DNA from: Thermoplasmata archaeon
Lineage (GTDB): Archaea; Thermoplasmatota; Thermoplasmata; UBA10834; DTMW01
Direction: 5' to 3'
Assembly (NCBI GenBank): GCA_038852105.1
Contig: JAWCKK010000002.1
Location: 42,621 to 106,620, forward strand
DNA: 64,000 nucleotides
The notes under the pieces are model-generated. The model was not told the DNA's origin, searched no databases, and was given only the letters and a program-made list of their open reading frames with translations. This document shows, piece by piece, positions 17,161-31,400 of the stretch (position 1 is its first letter; each line of letters opens with the position of its first letter). The position numbers and the translations under genes were made by a program.

Positions 17161-19321
17161 GCACCTCGAACTCCCTCTCGAGGATTGAAATCTCCTGCGG
17201 CTTCAACGTTCCCGGGCTGACGGAAATCATCATTATCGAGTCGCTCTCGGAGAATTCGTCTATCAACCGCCGCAGGAATCTCAGCACCCCGTCGAAGCTC
17301 GTGTTGCTTATCAGGTATTGGAGCCCATCTATCAGCAATATCCCTTTCTCCCCTTGACCCAAGAACTCCTCTATCGTATGGACTATCATCTCCAGGCTCG
17401 GCGGGATCGTCCTCTCGTTCTTGCTCTCTTTGTCCGTTAGCCAGATTATCTCCCCGCTGATGCCGTAATCGCTTCTCACCTTGCCGGGGTTCATCCTCGT
17501 TATCTCCAATCCGCGGTAGCCCTCTTTTATCATCCGAGCCAAGAGCAGGTTGCTGTGCGTCGGCCGATCTTCCTCGATCAGATAGCTATGCCCGGGTTTG
17601 ACCTCCAGCTCGTGAACTCCCTCCTTCTCGGGCGCACCCAGGGTCGGCGTCAAGACCTCTTTCGCAAGTTGCAGGTCGATATCGAGCTTCATGACCGTCG
17701 CAAAGGCTATCAGCCGATTCAACGCGGCCTCCAGCTCCCGGACGTTCGATTCTATCCTGTCAGAGATGAATTCGATCACTTGAGCCGGTATTTCCCTGCC
17801 TTTCTCCTTCGCCTTCCTTTTGAGTATCTCTACCCTCGTCTGCTTGTCAGGCGGCTGGATGTCCGCTATCATCCCGCCCTGTATCTTCGCTGCCAGATGC
17901 TCCGACAGCTTGGGTATTTCCTTCGGCAGGCGGTCGCTCGCGATGACTACTTGTCCGCCGTTGCGGAGAGTGTCTTCGATGAGGTACAAAAGTTCGACCT
18001 GTGCGGCCTCCTTGCCCGCTAAGAATTGGAAGTCGTCGATCATGAACAGCTTCTTGCGTCTCAACCTGTCTCTGAGGCCGTGAACATCGTTCCTTTTGAT
18101 AGCGAGGTCTAGTTCTTCAGCGAACTTCTCCGCCGGAAGAAGCACTATGCTATCCTTCGAACTCTTGGCCATTATCTGCCTTGCAATGGCATTGAGCAGA
18201 TGGGTCTTGCCAAGACCGGACTTTCCGTACAGGAAGAGCGGGTTGTAGGCCTTATCAGGCGCATGGGCGACGGCAACAGCCGCGGCATATGCGAACTTGT
18301 TGCTCTTGCCGACGACGAAAGACTGGAATCCCATGCCCTCCGTCAGCGCGAGCAAGGAACTCTCCTCGCCCTTGCACTTTGGACAAGATCCGTCTCCGTC
18401 AAGCACGGAGCCGCACTTCTCGCATGTCGGCACTTCCTGCTTCGGTATTTCGCCCCTCTGGTATTGGAGTATCAGATCGTACAGGTCTCCCGTCTTCGCA
18501 TCCCGTTGCTTCCTTTTCAGATCCTCTTCTATCTTCTTCTCGGCTATCTTGATCTCCTCTATATGCCGCCTTATTTTCTCCTTAAGGGACACGAAATCGG
18601 CCTTTATGTTGTCTATATCCGAGGGGTCGCTCAGGCGAAGCTTCAGTGCCTGAATCTCGTTCTCGAATCCTACCTGAGGCAGGCTATCCAGCTGTTTCTC
18701 CAGCTTCTTCAGGTCATCTATTTTTTCTTTATACTCCGCGAGCGCCTTCTTCGCTCCGGCTTTGCTCTGTCTGAACAGCTTCTCCAACTCATCGACGACG
18801 TATCCCTGACGTCTCAGCTCGAGAATCTCCCCGAGGACCGGGTCTGTCTCCTCGGATGGCGGGGGTTCGATTTCCTCGGGCCTCTCCTTTTCCTTTGTCT
18901 CGGCGACGCGCCGTTCTTCTGGCTGTATGAGGCTCTTCAAATCTATGCTGTCCATCTCGAGCAATTTTGCGTCCGGGAATCTGCGATCGAACTCCTCTTT
19001 CGGGACCCTGCTGTGGAGCTCTATTACCGCCTGCCTGTCCTGAGCATCCTCCAGAATGAACCTCATCGATTTGTCGCCCGCATAGATCCTCTTTATCTCT
19101 CTGGGCTCCTTCTTCTCGAATTGGTATATCGACATCGTCGGCATGCCCTGATCGACGACCAGATATCCTGTCGAACTCATCGACTCCTTCTTCAGGATGA
19201 CCTTGACGTATCCCGTGAAAGTGTACTGTTTCAAATCCGAAAGTATGCCGGCCAGAACGCCAGGCCCGCCTCTCGCAGTCCTGACGACTATCCCCTCGGG
19301 TATTCGAAGCTCGGCAGACAA
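17144..19321 (-). CDS. Multidomain protein: DUF2226-like N-terminus, coiled coil, zinc ribbon, DnaA-type AAA+ domain and DUF835 (KaiC-like)
   Basis: FQSFVVGKSNKFAYAAA, YNPLFLYGKSGLGKTHLLNAI, MIDDFQFLAGK, ASDRLPKEI, ADIQPPDKQTRVEIL, SNVRELEAALNRL are diagnostic of DnaA domain III. The C-terminus GHSYLIEE...ITRMNP...IIWLT...LLIDGLQYLI...F..VLRFL is DUF835-like. No DnaA domain IV HTH is present. Confidence 0.9.
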   Translation of the reverse strand: MSAELRIPEGIVVRTARGGPGVLAGILSDLKQYTFTGYVKVILKKESMSSTGYLVVDQGMPTMSIYQFEKKEPREIKRIYAGDKSMRFILEDAQDRQAVIELHSRVPKEEFDRRFPDAKLLEMDSIDLKSLIQPEERRVAETKEKERPEEIEPPPSEETDPVLGEILELRRQGYVVDELEKLFRQSKAGAKKALAEYKEKIDDLKKLEKQLDSLPQVGFENEIQALKLRLSDPSDIDNIKADFVSLKEKIRRHIEEIKIAEKKIEEDLKRKQRDAKTGDLYDLILQYQRGEIPKQEVPTCEKCGSVLDGDGSCPKCKGEESSLLALTEGMGFQSFVVGKSNKFAYAAAVAVAHAPDKAYNPLFLYGKSGLGKTHLLNAIARQIMAKSSKDSIVLLPAEKFAEELDLAIKRNDVHGLRDRLRRKKLFMIDDFQFLAGKEAAQVELLYLIEDTLRNGGQVVIASDRLPKEIPKLSEHLAAKIQGGMIADIQPPDKQTRVEILKRKAKEKGREIPAQVIEFISDRIESNVRELEAALNRLIAFATVMKLDIDLQLAKEVLTPTLGAPEKEGVHELEVKPGHSYLIEEDRPTHSNLLLARMIKEGYRGLEITRMNPGKVRSDYGISGEIIWLTDKESKNERTIPPSLEMIVHTIEEFLGQGEKGILLIDGLQYLISNTSFDGVLRFLRRLIDEFSESDSIMMISVSPGTLKPQEISILEREFEVLKPTG

Positions 19322-19461
19322 CTCGGAGGCCTCGTCTCACAATCACAGACGAACCATAAATCCTTTTTCAGATGAAACGCGATATCTGGAATATCCTGCC
19401 AAGACCGCTGCAGGTTCTTGAAAAAGTATAACTACTCATTTCAGGTTCAAAGTCTTGTCAT

Positions 19462-19560
19462 GCCACTGTAGCTCAGGGGTAGCGCGCTCCTCACGCGCAC
19501 CGAAAGAGCGGCGGTTTCGTAAACCGCAGGCCGGGGGTTCAAAACCCTCCAGTGGCTCCA
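19462..19560 (+). tRNA. tRNA-Thr(CGT) with encoded CCA and a ~22-24 nt intron in the D-loop
   Basis: Acceptor GCCACTG/CAGTGGC, discriminator T, CCA; anticodon arm GCGGT-TTCGTAA-ACCGC; T arm GGGGG-TTCAAAA-CCCTC; D stem GCTC/GAGC interrupted by an insertion at about 19482-19505. Confidence 0.9.
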
Positions 19561-19609
19561 TTCAATTCATCGCTACAGAAATCCGTTTTCCCGGTCGAAA
19601 TCTGCAGAA

Positions 19610-20134
19610 TCAATATCTTCCGATCGAGGAGTATCTTATTGAGCTCCGCATGACCGACCCCGAATGCACTCCGACGGTCGCCAGCTCTCTCTTCCTGAGC
19701 ATGCGCTTCTTCTTGATGATCATCTCGATCATCTTCTCGTCGATGAAACCCGTGCGCGTGTCGATTATTCCCTTGTCCTCGAGGACATGCACCCAGAAGC
19801 TGAACGCCCGGGGGCTCATCTTCTTGGCCTCGGCAATCCTTCCCGTGGCGATCAACTTCAAGACGTCCATGTCTATCGTACCGCCGAACTCGCGCTCACC
19901 GGTGGCAATGAGAACCATGTTGAGCAGCTTCTTCCTGCCCTTTCGCATGCTCTTTATATCCGTGTAGGAGTAAATCGAGCCGTCTTTCACCTTCTGCTCT
20001 ATCTCCCAAATCGGCAGATTATCAAGGGCTCTAACCCGTGCTATGAGAACACAATAATCCGTAGCCTTGCGGATCTTTAGCAGAGACGGATTTACGAGCG
20101 TATTCCTCGATCCCCTGGCGCTCCTATTCTTCAA
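19610..20134 (-). CDS. Hypothetical basic protein
   Basis: 174-aa ORF filling the gap between tRNA-Thr and thiC; protein-like composition, no recognised motif; start uncertain. Confidence 0.5.
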   Translation of the reverse strand: MKNRSARGSRNTLVNPSLLKIRKATDYCVLIARVRALDNLPIWEIEQKVKDGSIYSYTDIKSMRKGRKKLLNMVLIATGEREFGGTIDMDVLKLIATGRIAEAKKMSPRAFSFWVHVLEDKGIIDTRTGFIDEKMIEMIIKKKRMLRKRELATVGVHSGSVMRSSIRYSSIGRY

Positions 20135-20313
20135 TCTGCAAAAGCTTATGACGAATCTTTTGGATTAAAATTTTTCGGTTTGCCGCCTCCTGCTTACGAA
20201 TAACATCACTTTACACCGATTTTCTGCGCGAAAATATCTATTCCTTTTCAGGATGTTGGGAAGAATTGCACAATTCATCCACAATACATATGACTATCTT
20301 TTCTTTGCAGTCC

Positions 20314-21603
20314 TCACTTTCTCGTATTTTTATCCTGCTTTAGTGCCTCTTCGGACAATCGCATGGCGCAATATTCTCCGCACATTGTGCAGACCGTCGA
20401 ATCGGCCGAATCGAACCTGTTTCTTATCTCGGTCGCCTTCGTCTTGTCTATGCACAGGTCGAGCATCTGCTGCCAATCGAGAGCCTTTCTCGCGGCGGAC
20501 ATCCTGGCGTCCCAATCGGAGTCTATCCCCCTTGCGAGGTCAGCCGCGTGAGCCGCGATCTTCCCGGATATGACGCCTTCGCGGACATCGTCGACCGTGG
20601 GCAGCGAGAGGTGTTCGGAAGGGGTGACGCAGCAAAGGAAATCCGCACCGTAATATGCCGCGAGCGCACCACCAATAGCGCTCGTGATATGGTCGTAGCC
20701 AGGGGCGATGTCTGTCACGAGCGGCCCGAGGACGTAGAACGGCGCGCCGTCGCATATCGTCTTTTCCAGCCGGACGTTCGCCTCGATCTGGTTCAACGGG
20801 ACATGGCCAGGGCCTTCGACAATCGTCTGCACGCCCGCCTCTCTCGCCCTCCTGACGAGCTTGCCAAGTACCGCGAGCTCCGCGAGTTGGGCGGGATCCG
20901 TGGCGTCCGCGGTGCACCCGGGTCTGAGCCCGTCCCCGAGGCTCAAGGTGAGCTCGTATCTCCCGGCGAGTTCGAGAAGGTAATCGTAGCTCTCGAAGAG
21001 GGGGTTCTCATTTCCGGTATGCGCCATCCATCTGAGCAGTATAGCTCCGCCGCGGGACACTACATCGGTGATTCTCGGATGCTCTGCAAGCACCTGCGCG
21101 GTTTTCTTCGTCACGCCGCAATGCACGGTGATGAAATCGACTCCCTGCTTCGCGTGCTCTTCTATGACGGAAAAGATGTCGTCCTCCGTCATGTTGAGGA
21201 TACCGCCCCTTCCCCCCATCCTGCAGGCGACTTCGTATATCGGCACGGTGCCGAGCGGGATGCGCACCATCTTCAGAAGCATCGCCCGGATTGCCTTGAG
21301 GTCGCCACCGGTGCTCAGATCCATAATGGTGTCCGCGCCGTACTTAATCGCCACCTTCGCCTTCTCGAGCTCGAGGTCTCGGTCGATCATATCGGGCGAA
21401 GTCCCTATATTGGCATTTATCTTGACGCTGATCCCTTCGCCTATCGGCGCAGGCCTCGATATCGAATGCGCCGGGTTATGCGGCAGCACCGCTCTCCCTG
21501 CGGCTATCGCCCGCCGCAGCTTGTCGGGATCCATCCCCTCCCATTTGGCCGCACACTCTATCTCGGGCGTTATGCGAGATTCGGCCTCGCAGATAAGGCT
21601 CAT
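20314..21603 (-). CDS. thiC: Phosphomethylpyrimidine synthase ThiC
   Basis: KINANIGTS, TIMDLSTGG, GTVPIYE, SRGGA, SLGDGLRPG, EGPGHVP, YVLGPL, TPSEHL and the radical-SAM-type CTMCGEYC motif; AGGTG RBS before ATG 21603. Confidence 0.95.
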   Translation of the reverse strand: MSLICEAESRITPEIECAAKWEGMDPDKLRRAIAAGRAVLPHNPAHSISRPAPIGEGISVKINANIGTSPDMIDRDLELEKAKVAIKYGADTIMDLSTGGDLKAIRAMLLKMVRIPLGTVPIYEVACRMGGRGGILNMTEDDIFSVIEEHAKQGVDFITVHCGVTKKTAQVLAEHPRITDVVSRGGAILLRWMAHTGNENPLFESYDYLLELAGRYELTLSLGDGLRPGCTADATDPAQLAELAVLGKLVRRAREAGVQTIVEGPGHVPLNQIEANVRLEKTICDGAPFYVLGPLVTDIAPGYDHITSAIGGALAAYYGADFLCCVTPSEHLSLPTVDDVREGVISGKIAAHAADLARGIDSDWDARMSAARKALDWQQMLDLCIDKTKATEIRNRFDSADSTVCTMCGEYCAMRLSEEALKQDKNTRK

Positions 21604-21699
21604 TAGATACACCTATCGGGGTATTCGATATGTATATTTTCATGGTCCTCGAATGTGCTGTCGGAATCTGGCATCAATTGCCTTCGACAGGGAGGCTAA

Positions 21700-23799
<2,100 letters not shown>

Positions 23800-23809
23800 G
23801 TGATGACGG

Positions 23810-26368
<2,559 letters not shown>

Positions 26369-26498
26369 CCGCGTATTCTCAAAGCATCTGGCAACTCTTT
26401 ATTGATTTCGATAACGAACCAAAAACCTTTATTAGTGATTAGGTGTCTTGAACACGATAAGCGCGCCGACCAGTCCGCTTGACTGGAGGCCTGACCAA

Positions 26499-27218
26499 AT
26501 GTTCAAAGACTCCATCCCAGGCTTGGAAAAAGTGTTCAAGATTGACATCGAGCGCCCCAAGGTCATTCTCGTAACGGGGCCGCCGGGATCCATGAAGACG
26601 AGTTTCTGCTACACGCTGATGTCGAAGTACCTCGAGAAGAGGAACGAGTTCGGATTGTACTGCACGCTCGAGGAGACCGTCGACAGCCATCTGAAGAACA
26701 TGGAGAGCCTCGGCGTGAGGCTCACGACGAAGATGCAGATATCTGACCTGACCGACCTCAGGGAGATAGACGAGCTCGACGAGGTCATGGGGAAGAAGGA
26801 CGAGATCGACTATCTCCTGTTCATAGAGCGCATGATCCAGAAGTTCAAGGAGGAGCAGGGGGACAAGTTCTCGATATTCGTCCTCGACTCGCTCGGGGCA
26901 CTGTACTCGCTCATGGAGGACGTCGAGAACATGCGCAAGAAGATGTTCTACTTCTTCAAGATGCTCAGGGACAGCAATTTATTCTCGTTCGTCATAATGG
27001 AGAGATCGCTGTCGGGCGAATCGCAGCTGCTCGGGAACGAGGGGTTCCTGGCGGACGGCATCATGATGCTCGGGCTGGACAGACAGAGGGGCACGCTGAC
27101 TAGGTATCTGCAGGTGGAGAAGATGCGGGCCTCGGAGCACAGCATGGAAAGGCACGCGCTGGAGGTCGGCAAGGGAGGAATAACCGTTCTTGGACCGCTG
27201 CTCAGCGGCGGAGAATGA
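26499..27218 (+). CDS. KaiC/RAD55-like RecA-fold ATPase
   Basis: IPGLEKVF, Walker A variant GPPGSMKT, YCTLEE, Walker B VLDSL, ADGIMML, LQVEKMR. Start placed at ATG 26499 (GGAGG RBS; BRE-TATA-like AAAAACCTTTATTA at 26421-26434); TTG 26448 is an alternative. Confidence 0.85.
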   Translation: MFKDSIPGLEKVFKIDIERPKVILVTGPPGSMKTSFCYTLMSKYLEKRNEFGLYCTLEETVDSHLKNMESLGVRLTTKMQISDLTDLREIDELDEVMGKKDEIDYLLFIERMIQKFKEEQGDKFSIFVLDSLGALYSLMEDVENMRKKMFYFFKMLRDSNLFSFVIMERSLSGESQLLGNEGFLADGIMMLGLDRQRGTLTRYLQVEKMRASEHSMERHALEVGKGGITVLGPLLSGGE

Positions 27219-27241
27219 ACGCTGTTCGCTATTGAAAAGGG

Positions 27242-28384
27242 ATGGAAATGAACGAAGATAGCCAGACAATCTCGAAAGTCGTGGAGGATTTCGTCTCGAA
27301 GCTCAAGTCTCAGGAAGAGGAAATCCGGAGGAAGAACAAGGAGATCGAGCAGCAGAGGCTGGAGATCGAGAAGAAGAGCTCCGAGGTCGCGAGCCTCGAG
27401 AAGAGGCTCAAGGAGAGAGACGCGGAGCTGACTCAGCTCAGCAAGGTGCTCGACGAGAAGAAGGCCGAGCTCGAGAGAAAGGCGAAGGAGCTCGATGCCA
27501 AGGTGGTCGAGCTGAGCAGGGCCGAGGAGGGGCTGAAAGAGCGCTCGGAGACTCTGGACAGGTTGGAGTCCGAAGCCCGGGAAAAGATGGAAGCAATTAA
27601 GCTCGAAGAGGCCCGCGTGTCGGAGATGCGGGACAAGCTCGCCGAGCGCGAGAACGCCCTGGCCGAAGAGGAGGGCAAGCTGAAGAGACTCGTAGAGGAG
27701 ATGACCTCTCTTCGAGCGTCGATAGCGAAGCGCGACCAGGAGCTGAAGAGGGAGTACGAGGAACTCCAGGCGCAACGGGAGCGGCTGTCCGAAGAGAGCA
27801 TGAAGCTCACCGAGAAGCAGAAGCGCCTGATCGAGGCCGAGACCTCTCAGGAGCGGCGAGCCATAGAAGCGGCCGAGGAGGCAAAGGCCGAGGCGGAGAA
27901 GATGGCCGCGGAGAAGGAGCAGGTTCCGATAGCGGAAAAGCCGGGCGCGAAGGCCGAGGAGATATTCGCGGAGGCGGCGCAGGAAGTGAGGTCGGAGGAG
28001 GTGGCTCCTCAGCAAGAAGCCCCGGTCGAGGAGGGGGAGATGCCCTGCCCCAATTGCGGCACTATTATCAGCTCCGATGCGATAATGTGCTACGCGTGCG
28101 GCGCGACCCTGGGAGGCGAGGGCGCTGCGGCGGGAGAAGAGGAGCGCGAGGAAGGTGGCGAGCCTGAAAAATCAGAAGCGCCGAGCGAGGATGAGATGCC
28201 CTGCCCCAACTGTGGCACGATGATAAGCAAGGAAGCGACGGTCTGCTACGCCTGCGGAGAAGAGGTCACAGCTGGCTCAAAGGGGACAGAAAGTGCTCCT
28301 GCCAAGCAGGAAGCCGGAGAGCCCGTAATCATCAAGAAGCCCCCGGTGTTCGTCAAGAAAGTGATGAAAAAGAAGATAGGCTGA
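27242..28384 (+). CDS. Coiled-coil protein with two duplicated zinc ribbons and a basic C-terminal tail
   Basis: About 200 aa of E/K/R/L heptads; EMPCPNCGTIISSDAIMCYACG and EMPCPNCGTMISKEATVCYACG; ends KKVMKKKIG. Confidence 0.85.
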   Translation: MEMNEDSQTISKVVEDFVSKLKSQEEEIRRKNKEIEQQRLEIEKKSSEVASLEKRLKERDAELTQLSKVLDEKKAELERKAKELDAKVVELSRAEEGLKERSETLDRLESEAREKMEAIKLEEARVSEMRDKLAERENALAEEEGKLKRLVEEMTSLRASIAKRDQELKREYEELQAQRERLSEESMKLTEKQKRLIEAETSQERRAIEAAEEAKAEAEKMAAEKEQVPIAEKPGAKAEEIFAEAAQEVRSEEVAPQQEAPVEEGEMPCPNCGTIISSDAIMCYACGATLGGEGAAAGEEEREEGGEPEKSEAPSEDEMPCPNCGTMISKEATVCYACGEEVTAGSKGTESAPAKQEAGEPVIIKKPPVFVKKVMKKKIG

Positions 28385-28488
28385 AAGCCTTGCTTCCAGT
28401 TGTCTGGATTTCGATAAAAAGGAGCATAGTTTTTTATATACTCTAGACTTTAACTCTCACCTAGCCCGCCGTTGGGTCGGTGAATTGA

Positions 28489-31400
28489 ATGTTGAGTGGT
28501 ATTCATCGTTCTACCAGATTACTGAGCGTTGGCCTTGTTGCCGTGATGGTCCTGTCGAGCTTCGCGGGATTGATTCTCGTCGCGAAATCGGTCTCAGCGG
28601 TCACCGGGGATATGAATGTTACCGGACCTTTCACGATAGAAGATACCGTGTTTACGATCGATGGGACTTTGACTGTGGGTGCGACCGGCACACTGACGAT
28701 AAGGAACGCAGAGCTCAGGTTCGTCAGCGACGGTTCGAACCCTCATTCCTTGATCGTTAACGGAGGGAAGCTCATCCTGGACGGCGGAACTGTAACGACC
28801 TACCTTGACCAGGTATCGAGCCATCCATTCCTGACGATGTCAATCCAGAACGGCGCGAACGTGAGAGCATCTAACGATTCCGTTCTGAGGTTCCCGGGCA
28901 CCCTTGCAATCACCGGAGCGACCACCAAGGTGAACTTGAGCGATACCAACATCACGCACCTTGATCTCGCAATGGTCGATACATATTACAGCCCGATATT
29001 GACCGATGCCGATTACGGGCCAGCAATCACGATAACCGATGCGACCGTCGAGATGTACGATTCGCGGATAGATTCTCTGCCGGAGCTCGGCGGTGCAGAC
29101 AATAATCTCACCCTCGCGGGAAGCGCGCAGTTCACCGCCGTGAACTCGTACATCGATGTGGATTATCTTGATCTCACCTCAAGTGACCACAATAAAATCC
29201 TCTTGCAGAACAACGCCAGGGCGTATCTGTACGGTTGCAGATTCGATATGGCCGGTACCCCGCCTTATTCTTCGAGCGCAGTAATTTTCGGAGGTGCTAC
29301 ATGTGAGGCTTATCTCTACAGATGGGCAGATGTTACTCTAAATGACAAGTACGGGGTGCCGCTCCAGGGCGCAACGATATCCGCGAAATTCACTGGCTCG
29401 ACCTTCCTCGAAGGAAAGGACGCCTACTACTACGTGCCGCCTGCGGGAGCGACCCAGACCACGCCTCCTGGCATGATTCTGAATTACATGGGCAAGACCG
29501 CCGCAAATTACAGGACGGCAAACAGCGCGGGCAAGGTCCTCGTTCCGTATCTGACCGATATCATCAACTGGACTACGGCTCCGAACTCGCTCTACGTCGG
29601 CCTATACAAGCTCACGGGGACTTACACAACCTATTCCACCACGGTCGAATTCGGGCTAGACACGTATCCCCTGATGGGCGCATCTAATGCGATGTCGTCG
29701 ACCAGCATCGACATCGCCAACGCTGTCGCGCCGTCAAATCCGGACCCGACGAAATATCTCATCGTGCCGCCAAACATGGCTCTCTCCGGAGCATATGCCC
29801 ATACAGGTGATGTCATAATCAAGTCCGGAGGGACGCTCACGCTCAACGACTGCGACTTCTACATCTATAAGACGGACGGCGTTCCTGCCAGAATAATCAT
29901 CGACACCGGCGGCAAACTGGTGCTCAACAACCTTTCATCCATAAGCGGGAACGTGCCGTTGAGCATCGAAGTGAGGACGGGCTCATCGCTATCGAGCTAT
30001 GCATCAGACATTGCGGCTAATATTTCAATATATGGAACAGCACAGGTTCGCATGAGCGGCTCTCTGTCCGGTTCCTTCACCACCTCTGCGGATGCGTCCG
30101 CGAGCATCGTCTTTTCCGACATGAACCTCACCTCGGCACCGGTGATAGACGGGAGCTCCACGGTGAACGTCTGGAACACCTCGGCGCCGAAAATATCGTT
30201 GCAGGGCAATGCGAAGATGAACCTGTACAGATGGGCGACGGTGACGATACTGGATGGTACGAACTACGTCTTGCCAGGAGCATCGGTGAGGGCATATTGG
30301 CAACTGAACAGCACGCTGCACACTACCGCCATGGCAAGCTCGAACGGCATAGCTAAGGTAAAATTGCTGACCAATGAGCTGACGGCGACGAACGGAGTGG
30401 TATCATCCAAGTACCTTGGCAACTACAAGCTCGTTGCGGTTCATACTTACAACTCCGTCGATTACTCTTCTTCGCCGGGATATGTCGCGTTGGCTCCGTA
30501 CTCGGAACCATTAATTGCGGCGAACATAGCCGGCACGTTCAAGATAGAGAGCGCCCTTCCGAACATAGATCCGCCAGTGACTGTATACAGGAATCCTGCG
30601 GTCGCCAACGCACCGGCTACGGTCACGACCGTGATCAGCAACACTGGAGTAGTCGATGCGAGAGATGTGCTCGTCTACTTCTACGATTCCGATGACACGG
30701 TGCCGGCGATGTCCGAGAAGTTCGCCGAATATACCGTCGACCTTATACCCGCAGGCGGCCAAGCGACCGTGAATGTTACTTGGATGAACACGCATGCGCC
30801 GGGTGAGACGCGATACATAATCGTGCAGGTGGACCCGCTGGATACAATCCCCGAGATGAACGAGGACGACAACATCGGCTGGGAGATGGTGCCTGTAATC
30901 GGACTGCCCGATCTGGAGATAGGGCCTGGCGGAATATATTCCGCGCCAACCTTGCCGACTGAGGGCATCTCGTGCGACCTGTACGCCCAGATAATAAACG
31001 TGGGGGATGCGAGCGCTGGCACGTTCGGGGTCAGCTTCTATTACGACCAGGTCGATGGCGCTCATCTGATCGGTACTGCAACGATCGGACCGCTGGGCGT
31101 CGGAGCGGTCACTCTCGCTCACGTGACCTGGGCCAGCCCGGTAGCGGGTCTGAAGCCCATCATCGTGTCGATAAATCCCTCCCACGCGCTGGAGGAGAGG
31201 GACTATAGCAACAACAACGGGACGGGAGTGATAACCGTCCTGACGCAGCCGGACCTGTACATCAGCTCGATGTTCGCCGTCCATAAGGGAGTTCAGGTGT
31301 CATCGTCCGACAACCTCCCGGCGGGTGAGCAGGTATCTATATACGTGCTGGTTCACAACGCCGGCGGCACGGTCGTGACTGGTCCGACGATGGTTGCGCT

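Noticed and set aside
17144-19321. Calling this gene dnaA (a functional replication initiator)
   Set aside because: It lacks domains I and IV, the arginine finger and the ssDNA-binding residues, so the gene symbol was withheld.
20260-20290. DnaA-box-like 9-mers (AATTGCACA, TCATCCACA) near the DnaA-like gene
   Set aside because: They have 1-2 mismatches to TTWTNCACA, there is no cluster, and the local protein lacks the box-binding domain IV; consistent with chance.
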